A DNA stretch of 64,000 bases from an uncultured Actinomycetota bacterium (GCA_963770565.1 CAVYQE010000011.1:416001-480000); one strand, 5' to 3'. Positions 1 to 11,561 are shown, numbered from the stretch's first letter. Numbers and translations are program-made. The notes: a model not told the origin generated them from the sequence alone.

Positions 1-365
1 CGGCCAGCTATTACGGCCACGCAGCGATCGCGGCGAACGGAGCGGCCGGCCCGCTGGAGGCGGTCGCGGTGATCGCGAACGCCAAGAACGTGGACGAGGT
101 CATTGCCCGCCAGTTCCTGCCGAAGCTCACTGCAACGGCGTCGCCGCACTCGCTCAAGCCTGGCAAGAAGTTCACCGTGAAGGTCACCGACGCCGGTGAT
201 GCGGTGAAGGGCGCGACGGTCCATTTCGACGGTGAGAAGAAGAAGACCTCGACGCACGGCACCGTGACGTTCACCGTGCCGAAGGGCGCCTCCAAGGGTT
301 CGCTGAAGATCTCCGTCACCCTCGGTCACTACACCGGCACGACGACGTCGATCAAGGTCACCTGA
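1..365 (+). CDS. C-terminal part of a probable secreted protein with an Ig-like/beta-sandwich terminal domain (5' truncated by window)
   Basis: Open frame to TGA at 363-365; Thr/Lys/Val-rich beta pattern (AGDAVKGATVHFDG...GTVTFTV); GC3-rich codons. Confidence 0.6.
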   Translation, partial: ASYYGHAAIAANGAAGPLEAVAVIANAKNVDEVIARQFLPKLTATASPHSLKPGKKFTVKVTDAGDAVKGATVHFDGEKKKTSTHGTVTFTVPKGASKGSLKISVTLGHYTGTTTSIKVT

Positions 366-442
366 TCGGGGGGACCTCGTCACGGTGTGCTCGGCCTCCG
401 GGTGGGTAGCGTCGAAGAGGGGAGAGAGACGAAGGAGCTGCC

Positions 443-1486
443 GTGAAGGCCTGCACGGTGAAGCCCGGCGAGATCTCGAGCGCACGCGTGGAGGAGATCG
501 CCGCGCCGCCCGAGTCCGACGGGGAGGTCCTGGTCGAGGGGTTGTACGTCGGCATCTGCGGGACCGACGTGGAGATCTCGGTCGACGGGTACGGCGAGCC
601 GCCGGCCGGTCATGAGCGCCTTGTCCTGTTCCACGAGTCGCTCGGCCGGGTGCTCGAAGCGCCCGCTGGATCTGGGCTCGCGGCGGGTGACCTGGTCGCG
701 GGCGTGGTCCGCCGGCCAGACCCCGTGCCGTGCGAGCCGTGCGGGCAGGACCAGTGGGACTTCTGCCGAAACGGCCAGTTCACCGAGCGCGGCATCAAGG
801 GCCACGACGGCTACGGCTCCCAGCAGTGGCGGGTGCCGGCGAAGTTCGCGGTCAAGCTCGACCCGTCGTTGGACCGGCTGGGTGTGCTGCTGGAGCCGAC
901 CTCGGTGGTGGCGAAGGCGTGGGACCAGGTCGACAAGATCTCCGCGCGTTCGGCCTGGAATCCGCAACGCGCGCTGGTCACCGGCGCGGGTCCGATCGGC
1001 CTGCTGGCCGCGCTGATCGGCCGCCAGCGCGGGCTCGACGTGACCGTCCTCGACCGGGTCACCGACGGTCCCAAGCCGGGGATGGTTCGCGACCTCGGGG
1101 CGACCTACGTCACCTCGGTCGACGACCTGGCCGCGCCGCCCGACATCATCATCGAGGCGACCGGGATCGGCCAGGTCGTGTTCGACGTGATCGGGCGGGC
1201 CGCGCCGGACGCCATCGTCTGCCTGACCGGGATCTCTTCGGGCACCCGCGAGGTCGGGATCGAGACCGACGCGGTCAACAAGTCGATGGTGCTGAGCAAC
1301 GAGGTGGTCTTCGGGTCGGTCAACGCCGGACTGGCCAACTACGGCCAGGCCGCGGACGCCTTGCACAAGGCCGACAATGACTGGCTTGCTCAGCTGATCA
1401 CCCGGACCGTACCGATGGGGGAGTGGCCGAAAGCACTCGAGCGGCAGCCCAACGACATCAAGGTGGTCGTCGACCTTCGGGCCTGA
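443..1486 (+). CDS. Zn-dependent MDR-family dehydrogenase, glucose 1-dehydrogenase-like
   Basis: GICGTD, FHES, CxxC..C Zn ligands, GAGPIG nucleotide-binding motif, GSVNA; AAGGAG RBS. Confidence 0.85.
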   Translation: MKACTVKPGEISSARVEEIAAPPESDGEVLVEGLYVGICGTDVEISVDGYGEPPAGHERLVLFHESLGRVLEAPAGSGLAAGDLVAGVVRRPDPVPCEPCGQDQWDFCRNGQFTERGIKGHDGYGSQQWRVPAKFAVKLDPSLDRLGVLLEPTSVVAKAWDQVDKISARSAWNPQRALVTGAGPIGLLAALIGRQRGLDVTVLDRVTDGPKPGMVRDLGATYVTSVDDLAAPPDIIIEATGIGQVVFDVIGRAAPDAIVCLTGISSGTREVGIETDAVNKSMVLSNEVVFGSVNAGLANYGQAADALHKADNDWLAQLITRTVPMGEWPKALERQPNDIKVVVDLRA

Positions 1487-1513
1487 CGCACAGGTCACCT
1501 AGGCTCGAGCAAC

Positions 1514-2086
1514 GTGAGCCTCGACGTGCTCGACTGGCGGCGCCAGGTGGCCGGGCTCTACCGAGCGGTGCGCGACGAGCCCGATCCGCTGATCGCATAC
1601 GCCGGTTGGTGCGCCGGCCGGCAGCGCCTGGTCAGCGAGCACCCGGCGTCACCGAATCGCGGCGCGATCGTGCGACACGCGCCGTACGACCCCACGCTGC
1701 GCTTCGACGTCCCCGTCGATCTCGGGGTCGAGCCGGCCAGGCTGGAGATCCCGACCGGCACCGACGGGATCGTGCCGTTCGAGCGGATCGGGCGGGTCGA
1801 GCTCGACGGCGTCGGCAGCCTCGACGTGTGGTGGCTCGACTCCTATGGCGGCGGGGTCTGGCTCCCCATCCGCGACCGCGCGCCGGACACCTACGGCGGC
1901 GGACGCTACGTCCTCGACACGGTCAAGGGCGCCGACCTCGGCGGCAACGCCGGCCGGTTGGTCGTCGACCTCAACTTCGCCTACAACCCGTCCTGCGCAT
2001 ACGACGAGCACTGGGCCTGCCCGCTCGCGCCGCCGGGCAACGTCGTCGATCGCGAGGTGGTCGCGGGCGAGCTCGTCCCGGCCTAG
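1514..2086 (+). CDS. DUF1684 family protein
   Basis: TYGGGRY, DLNFAYNPSCAYD..WACPL motifs; TAGGCT -10 just upstream. Confidence 0.85.
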   Translation: MSLDVLDWRRQVAGLYRAVRDEPDPLIAYAGWCAGRQRLVSEHPASPNRGAIVRHAPYDPTLRFDVPVDLGVEPARLEIPTGTDGIVPFERIGRVELDGVGSLDVWWLDSYGGGVWLPIRDRAPDTYGGGRYVLDTVKGADLGGNAGRLVVDLNFAYNPSCAYDEHWACPLAPPGNVVDREVVAGELVPA

Positions 2087-3333
2087 TGCGAGGGCTTGGA
2101 GTGCGAGGGACTCGCTGACGGCGACTTGCTGGGCTTGGACGTCGGTTTCGAGGACGGCGATGTCGTCGGGTGTGGCGACGGGCTGGCCGGCGGGCCCGGG
2201 GTGGCAACCGGGGGCGGAGTGGTAGCTGGACCGGCCACGTCGACCAGGGTGCCGTAGTCGATCAGCTTGAAGACCTGCGCGGCGGTCGAAATCGGCAGCT
2301 CGAGGCAACCGACCGATTGAGGGAAGCCGTACGACGCGCGTGGGAAGCCGTGTACCGCGGATCCACCGGAGAAGTAGTTGACCCACGGCACGCCCGGGTC
2401 CTTGTACTTGGTGCCGTCGGGGTTGGTGCCGGACATCGTGGTCGAGGTGAAGCGCTCGTACACCGGGTAGGTGCCGAGCGGAGTCGGTGCGGCCGCGACC
2501 CCACCGTTGACCGGGCTGGTGAGAACGGTCTTGCCGGCGACCCAGACCGTGAGCTGCTGCGGCAGGTAAAGATTGGCCGAGACGAAGCTGTAGCGATCAG
2601 GGTCGTACGCCCGGGCCAGGTCGGCCTTGATCAGGGCGTGCCAGGTGTGCGGCCCGATCGTCCCGTCGAGCGGCAGGTTGGCCTGGTGCTGGAAGGCGAT
2701 CACCGCGCCGCGCACCACGATGCCGTACTTCCCCGGCGACCAGCCCTGCTTGAGCGTGCTCGGGGTGTCCGGGTAGCGCCACGAAAACGAGCCGGCCGGT
2801 GGGGTGTAGACGTCGTCGGCTTCCTGCTCGGCGGTCGATGCGGCTGGTGCGGTCGTTGTCAACGGCAGGTAGCGCAGGTGGGCGAGGATCTGCTCGGCCC
2901 GCAGCAGCGAGCCGGTCGGGGTCGCCGGGGTCGCGATCGTCTTGACCGAGCCGCCCGGCTTCTTGGCGTAGGTGATGGTGACGTTGGTGTCGGGCGGGTA
3001 GGCACGGGTGGGGGTGAAGATCGCGGTCGAGCCCTGCCGGGCCCACTGCCCCGGTACGTAGGGCGACAGGGCCGGAAGCGGCGATTGCGGCGAAAGCACG
3101 CCGGCGAACTTGACCGTGATCTGGCCGGTCGCGGACAGCCGCCGATGCGGCTTGACCCACACGACGTCGAGTGGCTTGGTGTTGGCGGCGGCGCTCGACG
3201 ACGGATCAGTCGAGCCGCTGTCGCCGTTGGAGCCGGAATGTCCGCCACATCCGGCAAGGGCGACGACGGCGATCAGCGCCGCGGTGGCCGCCCAGGCCGA
3301 CCTGCCGTGGCGCACGATGTGGTCTCCAGCCAT
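2083..3333 (-). CDS. L,D-transpeptidase lipoprotein with peptidoglycan-binding domain
   Basis: LAGC lipobox; FQHQANLPLDGTIGPHTW PG-binding motif; TPLG...VHG...SVGC catalytic motif; Pro/Ser tail. Confidence 0.85.
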   Translation of the reverse strand: MAGDHIVRHGRSAWAATAALIAVVALAGCGGHSGSNGDSGSTDPSSSAAANTKPLDVVWVKPHRRLSATGQITVKFAGVLSPQSPLPALSPYVPGQWARQGSTAIFTPTRAYPPDTNVTITYAKKPGGSVKTIATPATPTGSLLRAEQILAHLRYLPLTTTAPAASTAEQEADDVYTPPAGSFSWRYPDTPSTLKQGWSPGKYGIVVRGAVIAFQHQANLPLDGTIGPHTWHALIKADLARAYDPDRYSFVSANLYLPQQLTVWVAGKTVLTSPVNGGVAAAPTPLGTYPVYERFTSTTMSGTNPDGTKYKDPGVPWVNYFSGGSAVHGFPRASYGFPQSVGCLELPISTAAQVFKLIDYGTLVDVAGPATTPPPVATPGPPASPSPHPTTSPSSKPTSKPSKSPSASPSHSKPSH

Positions 3334-3495
3334 TCATCCCCCGCGAATTCACTCTATGTGAGCCTGCCCACTTGTTCGGACGGCCAACACTCCTCGATGG
3401 TTCAGTCGTTATAGAGACGTTGCTTGGGTCGGTTTGGTTGACGCCCACCTGATATTCGCGGGCCGGTCGGGATCGGTTGCGATAAGATCGAACTC

Positions 3496-3537
3496 GTGGG
3501 AACCACCATCTGCTTGCTCCTTCCCGGGCCGCGCTGA
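3496..3537 (+). CDS. leuS leader peptide (MGTTICLLLPGPR), three consecutive Leu codons
   Basis: GTG..TTG CTC CTT..TGA; TAAGAT -10 at 3483-3488, 7 nt before GTG; followed by attenuator hairpins. Confidence 0.75.
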   Translation: MGTTICLLLPGPR

Positions 3538-3584
3538 CCACGCACGACGTCAGCGCGGCGGCCCTCCTTCGTCGAGGGCCTTTT
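3528..3584 (+). terminator. leuS attenuator: hairpin plus intrinsic terminator
   Basis: GCCGCGCTGAC(3528-3538)/GTCAGCGCGGC(3549-3559) stem; GGCCCTC-N7-GAGGGCC(3560-3580) followed by TTTT. Confidence 0.8.
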
Positions 3585-3649
3585 CTCTGCCTAGGTGTCG
3601 TCTGGCACCGTGTTCCATCCGAGCACCGGCTTGAGAGCGAGAGACTGTG

Positions 3650-6130
<2,481 letters not shown>

Positions 6131-6139
6131 CGGTCTGGA

Positions 6140-6224
6140 TCCACCGGATCTGCTTCGTGCGCTGGTGTCCACAGGCGGGGCGGGCTTGCCCGGATCGGCC
6201 GGTCACCTTCCTAGCGTCACGAGC
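6140..6224 (+). promoter_or_regulatory. comEA promoter: TCCACCG (6140) + TCCACAG (6168) + TAGCGT -10 (6212), leaderless ATG
   Basis: Spacing identical to the comEC upstream region (28 nt, 44 nt, then 7 nt to ATG). Confidence 0.65.
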
Positions 6225-7121
6225 ATGGTGCGCCCTGGCCGTTCGACCGAGCTCGACGAGTCGGCATCGGCGTCGGCGCGCGAGCGGCTGTCCGCGCTCG
6301 GGTTGCGGTCACCGCTTGGGGGATGGGTGCCGGAGCCGCCCCAGGCCGACCCGCCGGTCATCGTGGCCGACGGTGGACCCACACCTGCAGGAAGCGGGCC
6401 GGTCGGAGCGCGACCTGCCCTGCCTCGAGCATCGACACCCGAGATCGGCGAACTGATCCGCGGCTGGGCGCTGGACCGGTCGCCGCCGTGGCTGCACGGC
6501 GTGATCGAACGGCTAGGGCTGCGTGCGGTCTTGGTCGGAGTCATGGTCGCGGTGGCCTGCGTGATTGCCGGTGTGATGGTGGTCCAGCAGCGATCGCCGG
6601 GCACCTACCCAGCGTCCGCCCCGTTGCCGGACGCCGGCGCTTCGGCTCCGAGCTTCGATAGCTCACCGGCGCCGGTGACCGGCGGCGACGCGACCTCGAT
6701 CGTCGTCGACGTTGGCGGCCGGGTGCGCAAGCCCGGCCTCGTCACCCTGCCGGCCGGCGCGCGGGTCGCCGACGCGATCGCAGCTGCGGGCGGGCCGCTG
6801 CACCACCGGGAGATCGCCACGCTTGACCTTGCCGCGCGAGTCAGTGACGGGCAGCTGCTGCTGATCGGTGTGAAGGCGGCCCCGCCCGGCGGGTCGGACG
6901 CGGGCGGTGACGCTTCCGGCACATCGCCGGCGCCGGTCGGGCTGAACTCGGCCACGATGGAGGAGCTCGAGACGCTGCCCGGCGTAGGTCCGGTGACCGC
7001 GCAGAAGATCATCGACTGGCGCACCGCCCACAACGGGTTTACGAGCGTGATCCAGCTCCAGCAAGTGTCGGGGATCGGCCCGGCCCGCTACGCCGAGCTC
7101 GCCCCACTTGTCACCCCGTGA
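6225..7121 (+). CDS. comEA: competence DNA receptor ComEA
   Basis: TM segment, SLBB (VVDVGGRVRKPGLVTLPAGARVADAI), HhH (LETLPGVGPVTAQKII); leuS-comEA-comEC-holA synteny. Confidence 0.92.
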   Translation: MVRPGRSTELDESASASARERLSALGLRSPLGGWVPEPPQADPPVIVADGGPTPAGSGPVGARPALPRASTPEIGELIRGWALDRSPPWLHGVIERLGLRAVLVGVMVAVACVIAGVMVVQQRSPGTYPASAPLPDAGASAPSFDSSPAPVTGGDATSIVVDVGGRVRKPGLVTLPAGARVADAIAAAGGPLHHREIATLDLAARVSDGQLLLIGVKAAPPGGSDAGGDASGTSPAPVGLNSATMEELETLPGVGPVTAQKIIDWRTAHNGFTSVIQLQQVSGIGPARYAELAPLVTP

Positions 7122-7149
7122 CCGGTCGGCCGACCCGCCGGAGTGCGTT

Positions 7150-7210
7150 GTTGATCATGGCGAAACGCGCGATTTTTCTCACGGAAACGGCTCGCTTCGC
7201 CATGATCAAC
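7150..7210. repeat. 61-bp REP/MITE-like palindromic element, copy 1
   Basis: 15-bp perfect inverted arms GTTGATCATGGCGAA / TTCGCCATGATCAAC; second copy at 22839-22899. Confidence 0.9.
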
Positions 7211-7248
7211 TGTGGTTGCCCGACTCACCGTGCGGGCCTGCTGCTCGG

Positions 7249-7333
7249 TCCACAGGTCCGAGGCGGGGCCGGTTCGTCCACCGCGTCTTGAGATCCGCGG
7301 CGTCGGGCGCGACCGACTCTTAGCGTCGCGGGC
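7249..7333 (+). promoter_or_regulatory. comEC promoter: TCCACAG (7249) + TCCACCG (7277) + TAGCGT -10 (7321), leaderless ATG
   Basis: Same geometry as upstream of comEA. Confidence 0.65.
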
Positions 7334-8842
7334 ATGGGGGACAACAGCCGCGAGGCGGCGCTGAGCGACCGCCGGCTCGTCGCGGTCGCGATCGGGGTCT
7401 GGGCGTCGACGGCCGGGTGCACGTTGCTCGCCGCTCGGACCTCTTTCGCGCTTGCCGGCCTGGGGTCGGTGGTGGCGCTGCTGGCCCGCCCGCGGAGCAC
7501 CGGCTCGGCGGTGGTGATCGCCGCGGTGGCCCTCGGGGTGGTGCTGGGCTCAGTGGTGGCCGCCTGGCACGTGCGCGCGCTGCACGGCGGTGTCGTGCCG
7601 AAGCTCGCCGCGCGACATAGCGAGGCCGACCTCGTGGTCCGGCTGGTGCGCGATCCGGTCGCCGTCGTGTCCAGCGCGGGCGGCGGGCTGACCCTCACCG
7701 ACGCGACCGTCACCTCGGTGCTCACCACCGGCTGGCGGCAGGCCGACTCGCCGATCCTGGTCCTGTCGTACGGCCGAGGCTGGGTCGGGCTGCTGCCGGG
7801 GCAACGGGTGGAGGTCTCGGGCCGGCTTGCACCCCCGCGCCGCGGAGATGACGTCGCCGCGGTCCTCGATGCGCGCGGCCCACCGTCCCTGATCGGCCGG
7901 CCACCGTGGTGGCAGCGGCTGGCCGGTCGAGCGAGGGCCGCGCTTCGAGCTGCCTGCCAGGGTCTGCCGGGGGATGTGCGCGGCCTGCTGCCCGGTCTCG
8001 TCGACGGTGACGTGTCTGCCGTGCCTGCCTCGGTGCAAGCAGATATGCGGCTCACCGGCCTCACGCACTTGGAGGCGGTCTCGGGGGAGAACGTGAGCGT
8101 CGTCCTGGCGGTCACGGTCGCCCTTGCCCAACTGCTCGGGTTGCGCCGGCGCTGGCGAATCGGGGTGGCGGCGATGGCGCTCCTCGGCTTCGTCGTGCTG
8201 GCTCGGCCGTCTCCGAGCGTGCTGCGCGCGGCGGTCATGGGTGGCATCGTGCTTGCCGGCCTCGCGCTTGGCCGCCGGGTCAGGCCACTTCGGGCGCTCG
8301 CGCTTGCCGTCACGTTGCTGCTCGGCTTGAACCCGTTCCTCGGCCGGTCGGTCGGGTTCGTGCTTTCGGTGTGTGCAACGGGCGCTCTGGTGACGGTCGC
8401 GCCGATCTGGACGGAGCGGCTGGCTCGGCACTTGCCCCGGCCGGTTGCGGTCGCGATCGCGGTGCCGGCGGCGGCACAGGTCGCCTGTACGCCGGTGCTC
8501 GTGCTGGCGTTCGGCATGCTCACGCCGTATGCGATCCCGGCCAACTTGCTGGCGGCACCGGCGGTCGCACCGGCCACCGTGCTCGGGGTCCTGTGCGCGG
8601 CGTTCGCCACGGTCTGCCGGCCACTCGCGGCACCGATCGCGTGGCTGGCCGCCATACCGACCGAGGCGATTGCCGTTGTTGCGCGAGGTCTGGCCGGTCT
8701 GCCCGGCGCGGGACTGAGGTGCCCGGGCGGCCCGGCCGCAGCTGTGCTCGCAACGGTGGCCGTCGGGGTCGTCCTCGGGGTTCGCCGGCGCCGGGCGATC
8801 GAGTCCGGCCGGCGTGACATCCTTGGCGGATGGCCGCCCTGA
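7334..8842 (+). CDS. comEC: ComEC/Rec2 competence membrane channel, no C-terminal metallo-beta-lactamase domain
   Basis: GLTHLEAVSGEN, PSPSVLRAAVM, GFVLSV, IPANLLA motifs; many TM segments; synteny. Confidence 0.9.
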   Translation: MGDNSREAALSDRRLVAVAIGVWASTAGCTLLAARTSFALAGLGSVVALLARPRSTGSAVVIAAVALGVVLGSVVAAWHVRALHGGVVPKLAARHSEADLVVRLVRDPVAVVSSAGGGLTLTDATVTSVLTTGWRQADSPILVLSYGRGWVGLLPGQRVEVSGRLAPPRRGDDVAAVLDARGPPSLIGRPPWWQRLAGRARAALRAACQGLPGDVRGLLPGLVDGDVSAVPASVQADMRLTGLTHLEAVSGENVSVVLAVTVALAQLLGLRRRWRIGVAAMALLGFVVLARPSPSVLRAAVMGGIVLAGLALGRRVRPLRALALAVTLLLGLNPFLGRSVGFVLSVCATGALVTVAPIWTERLARHLPRPVAVAIAVPAAAQVACTPVLVLAFGMLTPYAIPANLLAAPAVAPATVLGVLCAAFATVCRPLAAPIAWLAAIPTEAIAVVARGLAGLPGAGLRCPGGPAAAVLATVAVGVVLGVRRRRAIESGRRDILGGWPP

Positions 8843-9792
8843 CCGTCGTCGTCGGCGATGAGGACCTGCTGGTCGCCCGGGCGGTGAGCCGCACGATTGC
8901 GGCCGCAGCTGCGGCGTCCGCCGATGCTGAGGCCGTCCCTACCGTCACCCTCGATGCCGCCCAGGTGTCGGTGGACGCACTCGCCGAGGCGCTGGCCCCG
9001 TCGTTGTTCGCCGAGGACCGGTCGATCGTCGTCCGCAACCTTCAGGATGCCGACAAGGATCTGGTGGCCGCTCTCGTCGGCTTCGCCGAAGCGCCCGAGC
9101 CGGGGGTCACGATCGTCGCCGTGCACGCCGGCGGCGCGAAGGGCAAAGCGGCGCTGGAGGCGATTCGGGAAGGCGCCGCCGAGGTGGTTACGGTCGCCCC
9201 GATCAAGACGCTGCGGGACCGTGAGCAGTTCGCGGTCGACGAGGTGAGGGCCGCCGGTGGGAGCCTCGATCGCGATGCGGCGGCTGAGCTGGTCGGCGCG
9301 ATCGGCACCGACCTGCGCGAGATCGCGACCGCGTCCGCCCAGCTGGTCGCGGACGTCGGCGGCCAGATCACCACCGCCGATGTCGCGACGTACTACCGCG
9401 GCCGCGCCGAGTCGACCGGGTTCGCGGTTGCCGATCGGGCGGTCGAAGGCGACCTCGCAGCCGCCCTCGAGACGCTGCGCTGGGCGTTCGCGACCGGGCT
9501 CGACCCCATCTTGGTGAGCAGCTCGCTGGCGGCGAACCTGAGGTTGATCGCCCAGGTCGGCGCGGCCGGCCCCGGTTCGCCCGACGCGATCGCGGCGAAG
9601 CTGCGGATGCCGGCCTGGAAGGTGCGCCGGGCCCAGGGCTGGCTTCGCCACTGGCGACCCGAAGCGGTCGGTGAGGCGGTGTTGGCGGTCGCCGCCGCCG
9701 ACGCGGATCTCAAAGGCGCCGCCGACGACGCGGCGTACGCCGTGGAGCGCGCTGTGCTCAAGGTCGCCGCTGCCGCCAGTCCGGGCGGCTAG
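8830..9792 (+). CDS. holA: DNA polymerase III subunit delta
   Basis: VVGDEDLL, PSLF, MPAWKV, DADLKG; follows comEC. Confidence 0.9.
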   Translation: MAALTVVVGDEDLLVARAVSRTIAAAAAASADAEAVPTVTLDAAQVSVDALAEALAPSLFAEDRSIVVRNLQDADKDLVAALVGFAEAPEPGVTIVAVHAGGAKGKAALEAIREGAAEVVTVAPIKTLRDREQFAVDEVRAAGGSLDRDAAAELVGAIGTDLREIATASAQLVADVGGQITTADVATYYRGRAESTGFAVADRAVEGDLAAALETLRWAFATGLDPILVSSSLAANLRLIAQVGAAGPGSPDAIAAKLRMPAWKVRRAQGWLRHWRPEAVGEAVLAVAAADADLKGAADDAAYAVERAVLKVAAAASPGG

Positions 9793-9830
9793 CTCCACGC
9801 GACGCGCGCCGGCCCGCACCACCCGCAGTC

Positions 9831-9846
9831 ATACCCCGATGGGTAT
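9831..9846. promoter_or_regulatory. CsoR-family operator (autoregulatory)
   Basis: ATACCC-CGAT-GGGTAT palindrome overlapping a TATCCT -10 upstream of the CsoR-family gene. Confidence 0.8.
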
Positions 9847-9879
9847 CCTCGGTTGAGCGGCAACCCAAGGAGGAGTGCG

Positions 9880-10146
9880 ATGGTCCGGCTTTCGGCCGAG
9901 GAGATGGCGCCGGTGATCAACCGGTTGCGTCGGGCGCAGGGTCAGATCGGGGGCGTGGTCCGGATGCTGGAGGAAGGTCGCGACTGTGAGGACGTTGTCA
10001 CCCAGCTTGCCGCGGTGAGCCGGGCCCTCGACAAGGCCGGGTTCACCATCGTTGCCTCTGGCCTCAAGCAATGCCTCGGCGAGCCAGAGGGCGCGCAGGC
10101 GCTCGACACCAAGAAGATGGAGAAGCTCTTCCTGTCGCTCGCCTAG
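9880..10146 (+). CDS. CsoR/RcnR-family repressor, CstR-like
   Basis: NRLRRAQGQIGGVVRM..RDCEDVVTQLAAV; two Cys but no Cu-ligating His (GLKQC); AGGAGG RBS. Confidence 0.88.
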   Translation: MVRLSAEEMAPVINRLRRAQGQIGGVVRMLEEGRDCEDVVTQLAAVSRALDKAGFTIVASGLKQCLGEPEGAQALDTKKMEKLFLSLA

Positions 10147-10154
10147 GGCCGAGG

Positions 10155-10580
10155 TTATGAAGCCCGGGCCGTCGCTATCGCCGGCTCGACCAGATCGATC
10201 GACACCTCCGGCGTGCTCATCAGGGTGTTGTGGACGGTGCAGTGGGAGGCCACCGCAAGCAGTGCGTCGCGACGCGCCTCGGGAACACCCTCGGGCAGCG
10301 TGATGGCGAGGGTGATCCGCTCGACCCTGGCCGGACGGGCGCCCATCGCGAAGTCGGCGGATACGGTCAGCCCGTGTGACGGCAGCGAGTGCCGCACGAG
10401 ATAGCGGTGCGCATAGAACGCGACGCAGCTGGCGAGGCTCGCGACGAACAACTCGGTCGGTGTCGGAGCGGTGTCGTCGCCGCCGTCCGCAGTTGGTTGG
10501 TCGACCGTCACGACGTGGTCGCGGACGGCGATAGCGAACTGGTCGCCGTCGCGGTGGGTGACCGTCAGAGTGCTCATCAT
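10155..10580 (-). CDS. OsmC/Ohr family protein
   Basis: DQP..GG.D.APTPTELFVASLASC and HCTVHNTL two-Cys motifs. Confidence 0.88.
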   Translation of the reverse strand: MMSTLTVTHRDGDQFAIAVRDHVVTVDQPTADGGDDTAPTPTELFVASLASCVAFYAHRYLVRHSLPSHGLTVSADFAMGARPARVERITLAITLPEGVPEARRDALLAVASHCTVHNTLMSTPEVSIDLVEPAIATARAS

Positions 10581-10591
10581 GACTCCTACTC

Positions 10592-10609
10592 TATACCCCT
10601 AGGGGTATA
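10592..10609. promoter_or_regulatory. CsoR-family operator upstream of the osmC-like gene
   Basis: Perfect palindrome TATACCCCTAGGGGTATA abutting a minus-strand TAGAGT -10. Confidence 0.85.
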
Positions 10610-10673
10610 TGCAGCACGCATACGCTTGACTTTCTGCTCCCGACGCCCGTCCGCTCGCCACCGGACCGTCTGC

Positions 10674-11210
10674 TCAGATGAAGAGCAGTTGCGCGCCGGC
10701 GGTCTTCTCGATGAAGTCGGAGGCGCTGATGATTCCTTCGACGTCGTCCCGTAGGTCGGCGTCGGTGAGCTTCATCATGTCGGCCGACATCCGGCAGGCC
10801 CAGAGGTGTCCGCCGGAGGCGACGATCTGGTCAAGGAAGTCGGGGACCTCGGGAACGCCGAGGTCGGCGATCTGCTTCTTGAGCATGTGGGTCGCCATCC
10901 CGGTCATTCCCGGCAGCGGGGCGAGCGCCTGAGGCAGTCTCACGTCGCCGATCGGCAGATGCATCGCAGCATTCCCCGCCGGGCTGAACGCCAGGTCGTG
11001 CATCCGCGACTTGACGATCATGTCGAAGCCCCAGAACGTGAAGAACATGTCGGTGTGAACGCCTTCCCCGAGCGCGGCGTTGGCGAGGATCAAACCCGGG
11101 TAGGCCATGTCCAGGTTTCCCTTCGAGCAGATGATTGCCAGCTTGCGATCGGTCTCGACGTCGTCGTCGAACGACGGGACGATCCTGGGTGTCGCTTCCG
11201 TGGTGGTCAT
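10674..11210 (-). CDS. DsrE/DsrF/DrsH-like (DsrE2-type) sulfur-transfer protein
   Basis: IICSKGNLDMAYP, FFTFWG, WACRMSADMM motifs. Confidence 0.85.
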   Translation of the reverse strand: MTTTEATPRIVPSFDDDVETDRKLAIICSKGNLDMAYPGLILANAALGEGVHTDMFFTFWGFDMIVKSRMHDLAFSPAGNAAMHLPIGDVRLPQALAPLPGMTGMATHMLKKQIADLGVPEVPDFLDQIVASGGHLWACRMSADMMKLTDADLRDDVEGIISASDFIEKTAGAQLLFI

Positions 11211-11221
11211 GGCAACTCCGT

Positions 11222-11536
11222 TCACACGCAGCCGTGTGGCTTGGGTAGGCCGGCGATGTAGGCCATCTTCTTGCCGGGCTTCTTCGGGAACAGCGCGAAC
11301 AATTCTTTGACCGGCACTCCGCCGACCACCTGGACCCGGCGGGTAGTGGCCGTCTCACCCTGGGCCTTGTAGTCCTCGCGGAGGAACCTGATGACGTTCA
11401 GGTGGGCGTCGGTCAGATCGATCCCAATCTGGTCGGCGAGCACCTTGGCGAGGTCCTCGTCCCACTCGTCGTACTCGGTCAGGAAGCCCTCGTCGTCGAC
11501 GTGGATCTGATGGCCGTTCAGTTCGGTGATGGGCAT
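11222..11536 (-). CDS. TusE/DsrC-family sulfur relay protein
   Basis: VDDEGFL..W, LT.AH..VI.FLR, LFP..P, AGLPKPHGCV with penultimate Cys only. Confidence 0.9.
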   Translation of the reverse strand: MPITELNGHQIHVDDEGFLTEYDEWDEDLAKVLADQIGIDLTDAHLNVIRFLREDYKAQGETATTRRVQVVGGVPVKELFALFPKKPGKKMAYIAGLPKPHGCV

Positions 11537-11561
11537 GACTCCTCCGGTGGTGGTCGTCGGC

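Noticed and set aside
3430-3646. T-box riboswitch upstream of leuS
   Set aside because: No T-box consensus (GGTGGNACCGCG) or stem I motifs; the leader peptide and terminator explain the region
11222-11536. Dissimilatory sulfite reduction/oxidation (true DsrC)
   Set aside because: Only the terminal Cys is present (no second conserved Cys) and no dsrAB is in the window
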